A program made the position numbers and the translations under genes. From NCBI GenBank assembly GCA_023802575.1, contig GCA_023802575.1_3947.1: DNA of 64,000 nt; one strand, 5' to 3'. Shown piece after piece: positions 16,448 through 24,637 of the stretch (the first letter of the stretch is position 1; every line of letters begins with the position of its first letter). The notes under the pieces are model-generated. The model was given only the letters and a program-made list of their open reading frames with translations, did not search any database and was not told where the DNA came from. This stretch comes from a phage.

Positions 16448-16872
16448 CTTTTTAGTGACTATCAAGAGGTTGTTTAGTTATTCACAAGAATACTAATGAG
16501 ATGATAAAGCTTACACCCTTATAAGATTCTTTTAAGCCTCTATAAAGCCCTGTAAAGAGCTTTTTAAGGCTGGTTAATGCAATCCCTTAAGTTAGGTTGA
16601 TAAGGCTGATATAGAGCTTTATAGAGCGTTTAAACGGTTGCCCTTCCCTTTCGGGTTATAGGCTTATATTTAAGTTGATTTGATAAAAGGTTATAGAGTA
16701 AACTATAGAGTTATTGCTTTTTAAGGTATGAGATAGATTCTATCGAATTAGTGGGATAGATTCTAGGAAGGAAAGGGAAAGGGTTGTATAGAGGCTATTA
16801 CATAGACGTAAAAAAGCCCCTATGAGAAGGAGCTTTTCAGGTATCTGGGGCTATTTAGCCCCGCTGCGTCGA

Positions 16873-17121
16873 TTAGTTATAATCTTGCTTGTTGTAGTAC
16901 AGGGAGACAATTTTTTCTCCCCAGTAGTGGTAGTGATATTCCTCGTTTATGGCTTCTTTTACAGCGTCCTTCCAAAAGTCATCGGTAGGGTTATAATCTG
17001 GTAGCACCTGCTGAATCAGCATTTTGATAAGGTCAAAGGTGTTATTTGTTCCACCGATATCGAATTTTGCATCAAGTTCGTGGCAGCCATAAGCATTAAC
17101 AGTTACGCGGATAGTTGACAT
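16873..17121 (-). CDS. hypothetical protein (82 aa)
   Basis: six-frame ORF; GGAGA SD upstream; small-gene cluster. Confidence 0.5.
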   Translation of the reverse strand: MSTIRVTVNAYGCHELDAKFDIGGTNNTFDLIKMLIQQVLPDYNPTDDFWKDAVKEAINEEYHYHYWGEKIVSLYYNKQDYN

Positions 17122-17189
17122 AATTTAGATTCTCCAGTTTAGGACTTTGTTTAGTGGGGAAGGTCATTCCCTCCCCGTTGATTAGTAAT
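17122..17189 (-). promoter_or_regulatory. conserved intergenic cassette type B (GGGGAGG..CCTTCCCC hairpin, conserved leader, SD GGAG)
   Basis: shares CAACGGGGAGGGAATGACCTTCCCCACTAAA..AAGTCCTAAACTGGAGA with 5 other intergenic copies. Confidence 0.6.
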
Positions 17190-17453
17190 TTACTGCATAT
17201 TGGCGTATGTTGCAAGCCTTTTTTCGTTGTATTTTGTAAGAATCTCACAAGACAAAACATCGTACTTTGTAACAGCGTTGCCTTTGTCGAGGTCAAAGAA
17301 TCCAAATGCTTTACCATCTTTGAATCCGACAACTTCGTAAGATTCTTTGATGATTTCACCATTGAATAAATCGCTTTCGATACGGTGAAACAGTGCTACA
17401 TCTTCTTTGTCAGTTGCAATCTGCAATAGTGTGGTTAATTCTACGTTTTCCAT
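17190..17453 (-). CDS. hypothetical protein (87 aa)
   Basis: six-frame ORF; cassette upstream. Confidence 0.5.
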   Translation of the reverse strand: MENVELTTLLQIATDKEDVALFHRIESDLFNGEIIKESYEVVGFKDGKAFGFFDLDKGNAVTKYDVLSCEILTKYNEKRLATYANMQ

Positions 17454-17519
17454 CTTGATAACCCCTAGTTTAAGGACTTTATTTAGTGGGGAAGTGATTT
17501 CTTCCCCTTGATAGACACT
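17454..17519 (-). promoter_or_regulatory. conserved intergenic cassette type B (variant)
   Basis: GGGGAAGAAATCACTTCCCC hairpin plus shared leader. Confidence 0.5.
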
Positions 17520-18047
17520 TTAAAGATTTGATAACGTTTCGTCAAGTGCATTTTCTAAATTTTTTAAAGATTTTTCGTAAAGCTTGATTAAATCTGTTAA
17601 TGCCTTGCCTAACGTTACTTTAAAGATATCTGTTTTGTATTCACTTGTAAACAGTTTTTCAACTTCATAGATTGGGTGTTGTTGATTGCCTGTACCAGTA
17701 GCAGACACGCCAGTGTAGAAAATTGCAATAAAAAGGTTATGAGACTTTATAGAGCGTTCATAAGCCATTTTGTATTGGTTTAGCTCGTTTTTAGTCGCCT
17801 TGATAGCCATTTCGTGAATTTCTGCGACGATAGCCATATAATCCGGCAGGATAACCGCTACGGCCTTCATAAAGTTGTTAGCTGTTATCATTTGCTGATT
17901 TGGGCGATGTATGTAATATTTCTTATCTTCCCCTTTCGTGATAACTGCAAAAGTTTTATCTTTCAGGGTAAATTCGAAAGTATCCTTGACAGGCTTTTTC
18001 ATTACGTCTTTTGAGCGAATAGTGTTGATTGCTGTGAACTTATTCAT
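17520..18047 (-). CDS. hypothetical protein (175 aa)
   Basis: six-frame ORF; GGAGA upstream. Confidence 0.55.
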   Translation of the reverse strand: MNKFTAINTIRSKDVMKKPVKDTFEFTLKDKTFAVITKGEDKKYYIHRPNQQMITANNFMKAVAVILPDYMAIVAEIHEMAIKATKNELNQYKMAYERSIKSHNLFIAIFYTGVSATGTGNQQHPIYEVEKLFTSEYKTDIFKVTLGKALTDLIKLYEKSLKNLENALDETLSNL

Positions 18048-18247
18048 CTTGATTTCTCCAGTTTAGGAAGTTGTTTTGCTTGATAGGTACTATAGGGCTT
18101 TTAGAAAGTGATTGCAAGCAATTTTTTAAGTTTATCTATAAAGAATCTTTTAAGTGAATCCCTTTTAGATAAACCCCCTCGAACAAAGTTACCAATGTCA
18201 AGAGGGATTGTCAACATTTTTTTTAAAAGTTTTTTGTAAGTTATTGA

Positions 18248-18589
18248 TTAACTGATGAATATTTTTTCAGGTTTTACATAGCTGATACGCTGATTTTTTA
18301 GCAGGCTATCCCATAACAAGGCGGCAATGTGCCCATATCCGGCCTCACGCAGACCCTTCATCGTTTCAACTCGACTCTCAAAACGATTTGCGTAATACTC
18401 GCTATTAAGTGTCGTTTTGTTTCCTTCGTTATCTGTATGGATGATTTGCATCACTTGAAAGGGGCTGACATCCTCGCCTTTGTTCCACTGCTCAAAGTAT
18501 TTTAGGCACTGCATAGGCGACATCTTATCACTGACTTGAGTTGACCAAGATGAATTTTCTTTATTGGTAATTACAGTTACATAAGCCAT
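18248..18589 (-). CDS. hypothetical protein (113 aa)
   Basis: six-frame ORF; cassette type A upstream. Confidence 0.55.
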   Translation of the reverse strand: MAYVTVITNKENSSWSTQVSDKMSPMQCLKYFEQWNKGEDVSPFQVMQIIHTDNEGNKTTLNSEYYANRFESRVETMKGLREAGYGHIAALLWDSLLKNQRISYVKPEKIFIS

Positions 18590-18675
18590 TTTAGAATCTC
18601 CAGTTTAGGATTTAGTGGTAAAGCTCTTTATCTGGGGCTTAAGATACCAACTTTTAAGCCCCCTGTAAAGTACTT
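18590..18675 (-). promoter_or_regulatory. conserved intergenic cassette type A (GGGGCTTA..TAAGCCCC hairpin, AGATAAAGAGCTTTACCACTAAATCCTAAACTGGAGATTC leader)
   Basis: near-identical copies at 19875, 21003, 22302, 22648 and a variant at 20209. Confidence 0.6.
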
Positions 18676-18924
18676 TTAAGCGTCTTTGTATTCGATTTCT
18701 ATACACTCACCTTTTACTAGCTCAAAAGTCCACAGTAAGCGTTTATATTCAATAACTATTACAGTGATAAAGTCAGTTCTTTTTTCATTAGTTTTGAAAT
18801 CTATTGTGTGAGTATACTCATAACTAGACTTATCCATGATTTTTCCATAGCGTCTACATTCTTTGTAGACTTCATCCATTAAACCATTGTTAACCATGCT
18901 TTTAAGTTGCGTTTTAGTATACAT
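18676..18924 (-). CDS. hypothetical protein (~82 aa)
   Basis: ORF 18676..18990 with start moved to ATG at 18924 downstream of cassette SD; the 5' extension translates the cassette. Confidence 0.5.
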   Translation of the reverse strand: MYTKTQLKSMVNNGLMDEVYKECRRYGKIMDKSSYEYTHTIDFKTNEKRTDFITVIVIEYKRLLWTFELVKGECIEIEYKDA

Positions 18925-19014
18925 TTTAGAATCTCCTAGTTTAAGGACTTTATTTAGTGGGAAGGTCATTCCCTCCCCGTTGATTGACACTATATAGACT
19001 TTAATCAGGCTTGT
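18925..19014 (-). promoter_or_regulatory. conserved intergenic cassette type B
   Basis: sequence match to other type B copies. Confidence 0.55.
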
Positions 19015-19248
19015 CTAGTCTTTTTCAATGAGAATCTCATATTGACCGTCCACGCTGTCAAAATAGATGCCGTCTTCATCTTCTGTCTTAAAGTAGCATT
19101 GAATGTCATCACTGGCGGGATAGTCTTGTCTTGCTATCTGGCAAACTTGAATAGCATTTTCTTTACTTCCTGTAAACTCCTCAAGCCCTTTAAAATCACA
19201 TGAATGACCGTTACAAATGGAAAGGATGAGATAAATGGTTGTAAGCAT
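19015..19248 (-). CDS. small secreted protein candidate (77 aa) with N-terminal signal-like segment
   Basis: hydrophobic N-terminus MLTTIYLILSICNGHSC; four Cys; AGAGGG SD. Confidence 0.45.
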   Translation of the reverse strand: MLTTIYLILSICNGHSCDFKGLEEFTGSKENAIQVCQIARQDYPASDDIQCYFKTEDEDGIYFDSVDGQYEILIEKD

Positions 19249-19316
19249 GGTTTAAGCCCTCTAAATGGCCCTGTACGGGCCTTAAGTTGGAAGTTGGTGT
19301 CTTTGTACTGATTAAC

Positions 19317-19874
19317 CTAAAAGTCTTTTAAATTGCGTTCTGTGATGTTTGCCGTGATTTTATCCAGCAGGTCACAAAACACAGAACTATCACCGCTATT
19401 CTGTACAATTTTCGCCATACTTAACAAATCATCGTCAACATAGCCTAAATTGCGGTTAGTTGCATCTGGTACAAAGAAAGGCGCATACATTGCACTAAAT
19501 TTCGTCGAGTGAAGGCCAATAATCCAATCTTTATCAAAGTGTCCGGTAAAGCTGGCGATATCACTCATGTTGTCACAAGAATAATCATCCTCTAGCTCTT
19601 CCTCTGGGATATCCATCTCAATGACAATTACGTCCTGCGTTTCCATTTGGAAAGCTGCCGTAATAAGCCCAGATTCTAAAGCGTTTTGAATGCATCGTTC
19701 ACGAATGTAAGAATCTTCCTCATCTTCCAGACATTCCGTTTTGATAACCTTGTTCATTGGGTAAACGTAGAAACAATCATCCATGTAGGAGCAGTTCCAG
19801 ATTCCTTCCGGCTTGTCGCCACCATTCAGTAAGTTTACAAAGTTTTTCAGAGTAGTGCCGTGATAGCATTTCAT
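19317..19874 (-). CDS. PARP-like (H-Y-E type) ADP-ribosyltransferase domain candidate (185 aa)
   Basis: N-terminal YHGTTLKNFVNLLNGG aligns residue-for-residue with the PARP catalytic motif WHGSRTTNFAGILSQG; aromatic-rich segment and acidic VIVIE follow. Confidence 0.5.
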   Translation of the reverse strand: MKCYHGTTLKNFVNLLNGGDKPEGIWNCSYMDDCFYVYPMNKVIKTECLEDEEDSYIRERCIQNALESGLITAAFQMETQDVIVIEMDIPEEELEDDYSCDNMSDIASFTGHFDKDWIIGLHSTKFSAMYAPFFVPDATNRNLGYVDDDLLSMAKIVQNSGDSSVFCDLLDKITANITERNLKDF

Positions 19875-19959
19875 TTTTGAATCTCCAGTTTAGGATTTAG
19901 TGGTAAAGTTCTTTATCTGGGGCTTACTTTATCGAACTATAAACCCCTTGTAAAGTACT
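19875..19959 (-). promoter_or_regulatory. conserved intergenic cassette type A
   Basis: sequence match. Confidence 0.6.
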
Positions 19960-20208
19960 TTATTTAACTTTTTTGAGAAAAATTAGTTTAACTGCAACTG
20001 TAGGAATCTCGTCAGCGGTTGTAACCAGCATTACTTTTTGAGTGACCAACTTATAACCGTTCTTTGCAGCGTATGCGGTAAAACGGTTGACATTGTAACT
20101 ATAAGTTTTTGGTGTGTTGTCTGGCATGTGGTAAAGAAAAGGTTTACCCAAGTTTTCTTCTTGTGTCAATAGTCGGCAGGTATCAGGGATATTGAAATAG
20201 TTCATCAT
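19960..20208 (-). CDS. hypothetical protein (82 aa)
   Basis: six-frame ORF; GGAG SD. Confidence 0.5.
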   Translation of the reverse strand: MMNYFNIPDTCRLLTQEENLGKPFLYHMPDNTPKTYSYNVNRFTAYAAKNGYKLVTQKVMLVTTADEIPTVAVKLIFLKKVK

Positions 20209-20299
20209 TTTTTAATCTCCTAGTTTAAGGACTGTGTAAAGCTCTTTATCTGGGGCTTAAGATACCAACTTTTAAGCCCCTTGTAAAGTACTTTATTAC
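20209..20299 (-). promoter_or_regulatory. conserved intergenic cassette (type A hairpin, hybrid leader)
   Basis: GGGGCTTAA..TTAAGCCCC hairpin plus AGATAAAGAGCTTTACAC. Confidence 0.5.
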
Positions 20300-20497
20300 T
20301 TAATTTTTGACAACTTTTAAAACTGCAAGATAACCTAAGCAATAAGAATCCCCGAAGAGAGTTCTACCCATGAAAGAATCCTCTTTGATATCCTTTGCAG
20401 TGACAGTTTTTTCTACGCCGTGGGAAAGGACTACATCACCAACTTTGATATCTTTGATGTGTGTTGTTTCAATGGTTAAGCCGTTAATAATAGCCAT
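20300..20497 (-). CDS. hypothetical protein (65 aa)
   Basis: six-frame ORF; cassette upstream. Confidence 0.45.
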   Translation of the reverse strand: MAIINGLTIETTHIKDIKVGDVVLSHGVEKTVTAKDIKEDSFMGRTLFGDSYCLGYLAVLKVVKN

Positions 20498-20597
20498 TTT
20501 AGAATCTCCTAGTTTAAGGACTTTATTTAGTAGGGAGGTTATTGCCTCCCCGTTGATGAGTAATTTAATCTATCTAAAAATCAGTGTCAACATCTTT
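20498..20597 (-). promoter_or_regulatory. conserved intergenic cassette type B
   Basis: sequence match. Confidence 0.55.
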
Positions 20598-21002
20598 TTA
20601 AAGTTCTGCGTAGATTGCATCACAGACATCACGGAAATCATGATTTGTTAAGTTACGTTGTAACCAAGTGGCAAAGAAATCAGCGATTGCAAAATTAGCG
20701 TCATACTCGACGGATAGCCACACTTTAACAGCAAATCGGAACATCTTTAAATCAAGCTCTTTATTCATTACCTTTGATTTGCCTAACATGTCGGCCATCT
20801 CATGTTGTGCACCGTCTAGCGTGATACCGGCTGCAACGTCAGCCAATGAGTTTTTTACGCTTTCAACGTCTAAGATAATACTTTGAATCTTCCCAATAAT
20901 GTTTTGCAATGTTTCATCTGGTGCTGATGATGTGATAACATTAATCCGGTTGACGGTCAAACGTGCTTTTAAGATAGATAACTCACGATTATTAATAGCC
21001 AT
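20598..21002 (-). CDS. hypothetical protein (134 aa)
   Basis: six-frame ORF. Confidence 0.55.
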   Translation of the reverse strand: MAINNRELSILKARLTVNRINVITSSAPDETLQNIIGKIQSIILDVESVKNSLADVAAGITLDGAQHEMADMLGKSKVMNKELDLKMFRFAVKVWLSVEYDANFAIADFFATWLQRNLTNHDFRDVCDAIYAEL

Positions 21003-21087
21003 TTTTGAATCTCCAATTTAGGATTTAGTGGTAAAGCTCTTTATCTGGGGCTTACTTTATCGAACTATAAGCCCCTTGTAAAGTACT
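21003..21087 (-). promoter_or_regulatory. conserved intergenic cassette type A
   Basis: sequence match. Confidence 0.6.
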
Positions 21088-21360
21088 TTATGCTAAATGC
21101 AGCTTTTTGCCTTTTACTATGATGTAACTTGATGCGCTATTGCCGCATACATCTTGATAAATTCTACGCAAACGGCCTTCGTAGTATACTTTCCAGCTAG
21201 TTGGAATCTTTTTCCCGTATCCGGTAGCAGTTTTTTGGAATCCTGCAAGTTGCCAATCCAAAATGTGCTGTTCAGCTTGTAAATCCTCGAAGTGCATTAC
21301 ACCGTTTACATAGTGGCGTAGGGTTACGTTTAAGGTGCGACCGTTGTTAGTAGTGTACAT
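21088..21360 (-). CDS. hypothetical protein (90 aa)
   Basis: six-frame ORF. Confidence 0.5.
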   Translation of the reverse strand: MYTTNNGRTLNVTLRHYVNGVMHFEDLQAEQHILDWQLAGFQKTATGYGKKIPTSWKVYYEGRLRRIYQDVCGNSASSYIIVKGKKLHLA

Positions 21361-21450
21361 TTTAGAATCTCCTAGTTTAAGGACTTTACTTAGTGGGGAA
21401 GGTCATTCCCTCCCCGTTGATTAGTAATTTACTTGTTTTTAAAACTAAAA
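21361..21450 (-). promoter_or_regulatory. conserved intergenic cassette type B
   Basis: sequence match. Confidence 0.55.
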
Positions 21451-21783
21451 TCAAGAGAAATTTTTTCGTTTGTTCAGTTCTTGGACAATTACAGTGTAAT
21501 AGTCTTTTAAGTCACTGATATTTAAAGCATTTATCAGAGAGTTATAATCATCGACTAATTGAAAATCATCTTTGAAAATGTCACTGATTTGATAAGTTCT
21601 TGCCCTGAATCTGAAACTCATCTCTAACCGTTTTAATTGTTCATCACTTAAACGCTCTAGAAAGCTCATTACAAGACTATTACTAACCTGTTGTGTGATT
21701 GCCTTACTTGCCAGATTATAGGCGCTATAAGCCTTATAGAGCGCCAGAATAGCGATGATTGCAGTTATGGCCATCATTAACAT
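21451..21783 (-). CDS. hypothetical membrane-anchored protein (110 aa)
   Basis: N-terminal hydrophobic helix; six-frame ORF. Confidence 0.5.
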   Translation of the reverse strand: MLMMAITAIIAILALYKAYSAYNLASKAITQQVSNSLVMSFLERLSDEQLKRLEMSFRFRARTYQISDIFKDDFQLVDDYNSLINALNISDLKDYYTVIVQELNKRKNFS

Positions 21784-22073
21784 GGTGCTTCCTCTTTACG
21801 TGACACTTTGCCATTTACAGTTATCTCATAAGAATCTAGTAAATCGCTTTTAGCTTTGACAGGACTTTTAAGAGTATCATCATAGATATTAACTTGCAAT
21901 ACAGGTTTTTTATACCCCATGCAACTATTCCATAAGCAAATCACTACACGACGACCTTTTATTTTACCGTGTAACCATTCCATAACATCATGGCTGTTTC
22001 TTGATGTTTCAATGAAATCAATTTTGTTGAGTAACTTGCTTAGATTTTCACGAACTTTATTTGATAATTTCAT
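21777..22073 (-). CDS. hypothetical protein (98 aa)
   Basis: six-frame ORF; 7-nt overlap with downstream gene. Confidence 0.5.
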   Translation of the reverse strand: MKLSNKVRENLSKLLNKIDFIETSRNSHDVMEWLHGKIKGRRVVICLWNSCMGYKKPVLQVNIYDDTLKSPVKAKSDLLDSYEITVNGKVSRKEEAPC

Positions 22074-22088
22074 TTTTGAATCTCCAGT

Positions 22089-22301
22089 TTAGGATAAAAT
22101 AGTAATCGTAAAATTGTAATGACCATTAAGCTGATAAGCATAACAGTTAGAGAATACACCAACTAACCGAGGTTTTCCATAAATTTTCATGCGCTCTTTA
22201 ATCTCTTTGAGAGATTTCAAACCTGTAAGGTCTTTATTGAAATAGTCATCATCTGTGAACAGGACTTGTGAGGCGGTTTTCAGTTTTTGATTAATGTTCA
22301 T
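22089..22301 (-). CDS. hypothetical protein (70 aa)
   Basis: six-frame ORF. Confidence 0.45.
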   Translation of the reverse strand: MNINQKLKTASQVLFTDDDYFNKDLTGLKSLKEIKERMKIYGKPRLVGVFSNCYAYQLNGHYNFTITILS

Positions 22302-22389
22302 TTTTGAATCTCCAGTTTAGGATTTAGTGGTAAAGCTCTTTATCTGGGGCTTAAGGTATCAGCTTTTAAGCCCCCTGTAAAGTACTTTA
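22302..22389 (-). promoter_or_regulatory. conserved intergenic cassette type A
   Basis: sequence match. Confidence 0.6.
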
Positions 22390-22647
22390 TCAGATTAAAT
22401 TGCCAGTTAATGATAAGTGCATTTTATAGCCTTTTTTGGTAAAGACGTTCACTTTACCGAGTGATTTTACACCTTTAAAAAGGTTGTTTGAACTGCGTTT
22501 TAAGGTTAGTTGTTTATCAACCTTCACGCCCCACCTTACAGCAGATTGTTTTCCGTTGTCAACCACTTTCCCGCATAACTTTTTAGCCATGATACGAGCG
22601 TCATCACGAGTTTTTACAGTAATTACAACGTTTTTGATAATAGCCAT
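22390..22647 (-). CDS. hypothetical protein (~85 aa)
   Basis: ORF 22390..22662 with start moved to ATG at 22647 (cassette SD spacing). Confidence 0.45.
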   Translation of the reverse strand: MAIIKNVVITVKTRDDARIMAKKLCGKVVDNGKQSAVRWGVKVDKQLTLKRSSNNLFKGVKSLGKVNVFTKKGYKMHLSLTGNLI

Positions 22648-22733
22648 TTTTAAGTTCTCCAATTTAGGATTTAGTGGTAAAGTTCTTTATCTGGGGCTTA
22701 CTTTATCGGACTATAAGCCCCTTGTAAAGTACT
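22648..22733 (-). promoter_or_regulatory. conserved intergenic cassette type A
   Basis: sequence match. Confidence 0.6.
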
Positions 22734-23117
22734 TTATTTGTTAATTTTGAAGATAGTTACGTAACCATCACTACCGATTATTTGAGACGCTCCAGCTTTT
22801 TCTACTTGATAGCCCATATTTTCAAGATGATAAATAGCATCATCGTAACCGTATGCGCCACCCTGATAACGTCTCTTGTCACATCTTATCAGGTTTTTTC
22901 CACGTCCTGCAAGTGCATGGAGAATGGATTTTTCACTTGAAAGAGTACCATCTAGCATTGTAGCTGTGTAATGGTTGATTTTATTCCCGTTGATATCGTA
23001 CTTGAAATTAAATGAGTGAACAACAATAACGTTACCTTTAAAATTCTCATCAAGTGACTTCTCCAGTGCGTTGCGAAAGTTGTCTTTGTTCACGAATTTA
23101 GGTGCACGGTATGCCAT
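22734..23117 (-). CDS. hypothetical protein (127 aa)
   Basis: six-frame ORF; cassette type B upstream. Confidence 0.55.
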   Translation of the reverse strand: MAYRAPKFVNKDNFRNALEKSLDENFKGNVIVVHSFNFKYDINGNKINHYTATMLDGTLSSEKSILHALAGRGKNLIRCDKRRYQGGAYGYDDAIYHLENMGYQVEKAGASQIIGSDGYVTIFKINK

Positions 23118-23185
23118 TTTTGAATCTCCAGTTTAGGACTTTGTTTAGTGGGGAAGGTCATTCCCTCCCCGTTGATGCAAATACT
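23118..23185 (-). promoter_or_regulatory. conserved intergenic cassette type B
   Basis: sequence match. Confidence 0.55.
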
Positions 23186-23330
23186 AGATAACCACGTTCA
23201 AAGAGTCAAGAAAAATTTTAAAAATATTTTTGGCAAAACTGTAATGAAACGGGCGCACACGACTACCACAAAACAGAACACAAATCAAGAATTATTTTTC
23301 AATCCGCTACAAATTTTTCTCTTGACTTTT

Positions 23331-23365
23331 GGGGAGAGGGGGAGTAAGAGGGGGAGAGGGGTTGG
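23331..23365. repeat. purine-rich GA tract (GGGGAGAGGGGGAGTAAGAGGGGGAGAGGGG)
   Basis: low-complexity G/A run in intergenic region. Confidence 0.6.
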
Positions 23366-23385
23366 TCTGGCTGTTTATAAAAACC

Positions 23386-23566
23386 TACCTGCACAATTCT
23401 AAAATGATTTTTCTTGCCCGACCTGAGCGGGGTCTGCACGTTTTGAAAATGAAAAAGCTCTTTGGAGATTACCTGCACAGTTTGAAAATGAATTTTCCCT
23501 TTGGAGTTCAAAATTCTCTCCACAGATTTCTGTCCAGACTTTTACCTGCACAATTCTGAAATGAAA
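23386..23566. repeat. three direct repeats of ~21 bp ACCTGCACA(A/G)TT(C/T)(T/G)(A/G)AAATGA
   Basis: copies at ~23386, ~23470 and ~23546 in ORF-free region upstream (minus sense) of the small-gene cluster. Confidence 0.6.
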
Positions 23567-23637
23567 AAGCCCCCCTTACCTGAAAAATTTACCAGATAAG
23601 AAAGGCTTAGTCTATTGTGTATATTCTACACAGTTTC

Positions 23638-24423
23638 TTAGTTCTTTGCGTCTAAGAAGGTAACTTCTGGTGATGAGAAGATTGCCTTAACATTCTCATC
23701 AGTTCTCGCATAAATGTAAGCATCTGCATCACTACCGAATGTCACAGCAATACGATTATTGCTCTTTGACAGGCGGGTAACTAGAGCGTTACTTAGAGAC
23801 ATCTTTTCAACCGGAGGGTTACTTTGATGTATCTTACCCTTTCTACGTCTGAAGAGGGTAACTGCATTATCTGTGAACACTGCTATACCTGCAAAATATT
23901 CTGGTTCACAATAGTTCTTCCAACCTGAGCGTAACTTGTGGTACATCTCACCTTCATAGACATATAAGTAAACGTCTACGCTTTTCATTACCTGATTGAT
24001 GATAACGGTGACAGCTTGATGGTCAAGTCCACCGATACCTGCACCAATCATAGGTAAACCAACTTTCTTCAACTGATTAACTTCGCAGTACCTGTTAAGT
24101 TTCTTCAAAGATGACTCTAAAGCACTGTATCTGGCATCTTTACCAGTTTTAAGCTGAGTGTAGAGGTTAGCTATACGGCCTTGTTCTAAACGTGCTACAG
24201 AGATATTACCTAGTAAATCCTCACAGGGTTTATGTCCAATGCCACCTGCGTACAAGTAAACTTCTGTGTCAGTTTCATAGGCTTTTGGGTAAAGTTTAGA
24301 AATCTTGTCAGCAATACCTGCACCCATTAAGTTCATACAGTTGCAACCGTGTCCAATGACATCAAACTTGCCTTTATCAAAAGCATTAAAGATATCACCA
24401 TTGATGATTTTTACAATACCCAT
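23638..24423 (-). CDS. macrodomain protein, TARG1/OARD1-like ADP-ribose processing fold, with ~100-aa C-terminal extension (261 aa)
   Basis: GDIF...GHGCNCMNLMGAGIA and LPMIGAGIGGLD match the TARG1 motifs GDLF...AHCISEDCRMGAGIA and MPRIGCGLDRL. Confidence 0.75.
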   Translation of the reverse strand: MGIVKIINGDIFNAFDKGKFDVIGHGCNCMNLMGAGIADKISKLYPKAYETDTEVYLYAGGIGHKPCEDLLGNISVARLEQGRIANLYTQLKTGKDARYSALESSLKKLNRYCEVNQLKKVGLPMIGAGIGGLDHQAVTVIINQVMKSVDVYLYVYEGEMYHKLRSGWKNYCEPEYFAGIAVFTDNAVTLFRRRKGKIHQSNPPVEKMSLSNALVTRLSKSNNRIAVTFGSDADAYIYARTDENVKAIFSSPEVTFLDAKN

Positions 24424-24424
24424 C

Positions 24425-24625
24425 TTAACATCTCTCCCAAGATTCTTTGTCTTCAGAAGGTTTTACACGTTGCCCTTCATGGTCTACCCAGATGCACCCA
24501 CAACCTTCACAGATTACTGGCATTGCATAACCAGCTTTAAAGTCATCTTCAGTGATAAGACCTTTTAAGTCACCTGTATCACGTCCGAACATTTCAATAG
24601 AACAGTCTTTGCAGAAGTCAGCCAT
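24425..24625 (-). CDS. small zinc-ribbon-like protein (66 aa)
   Basis: CKDC...CEGCGC cysteine pairs. Confidence 0.45.
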   Translation of the reverse strand: MADFCKDCSIEMFGRDTGDLKGLITEDDFKAGYAMPVICEGCGCIWVDHEGQRVKPSEDKESWERC

Positions 24626-24637
24626 ATAACATACACC

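Noticed and set aside
17096-23559. ORFs 17096..17362 (-), 17154..17369 (+), 23148..23402 (+), 23329..23559 (+) and the 5' extensions of 18676..18990 and 22390..22662
   Set aside because: They are translations of the conserved intergenic cassettes (hence near-identical N-termini such as MGKVIPSPL); true starts were placed at the ATG following the cassette GGAG.
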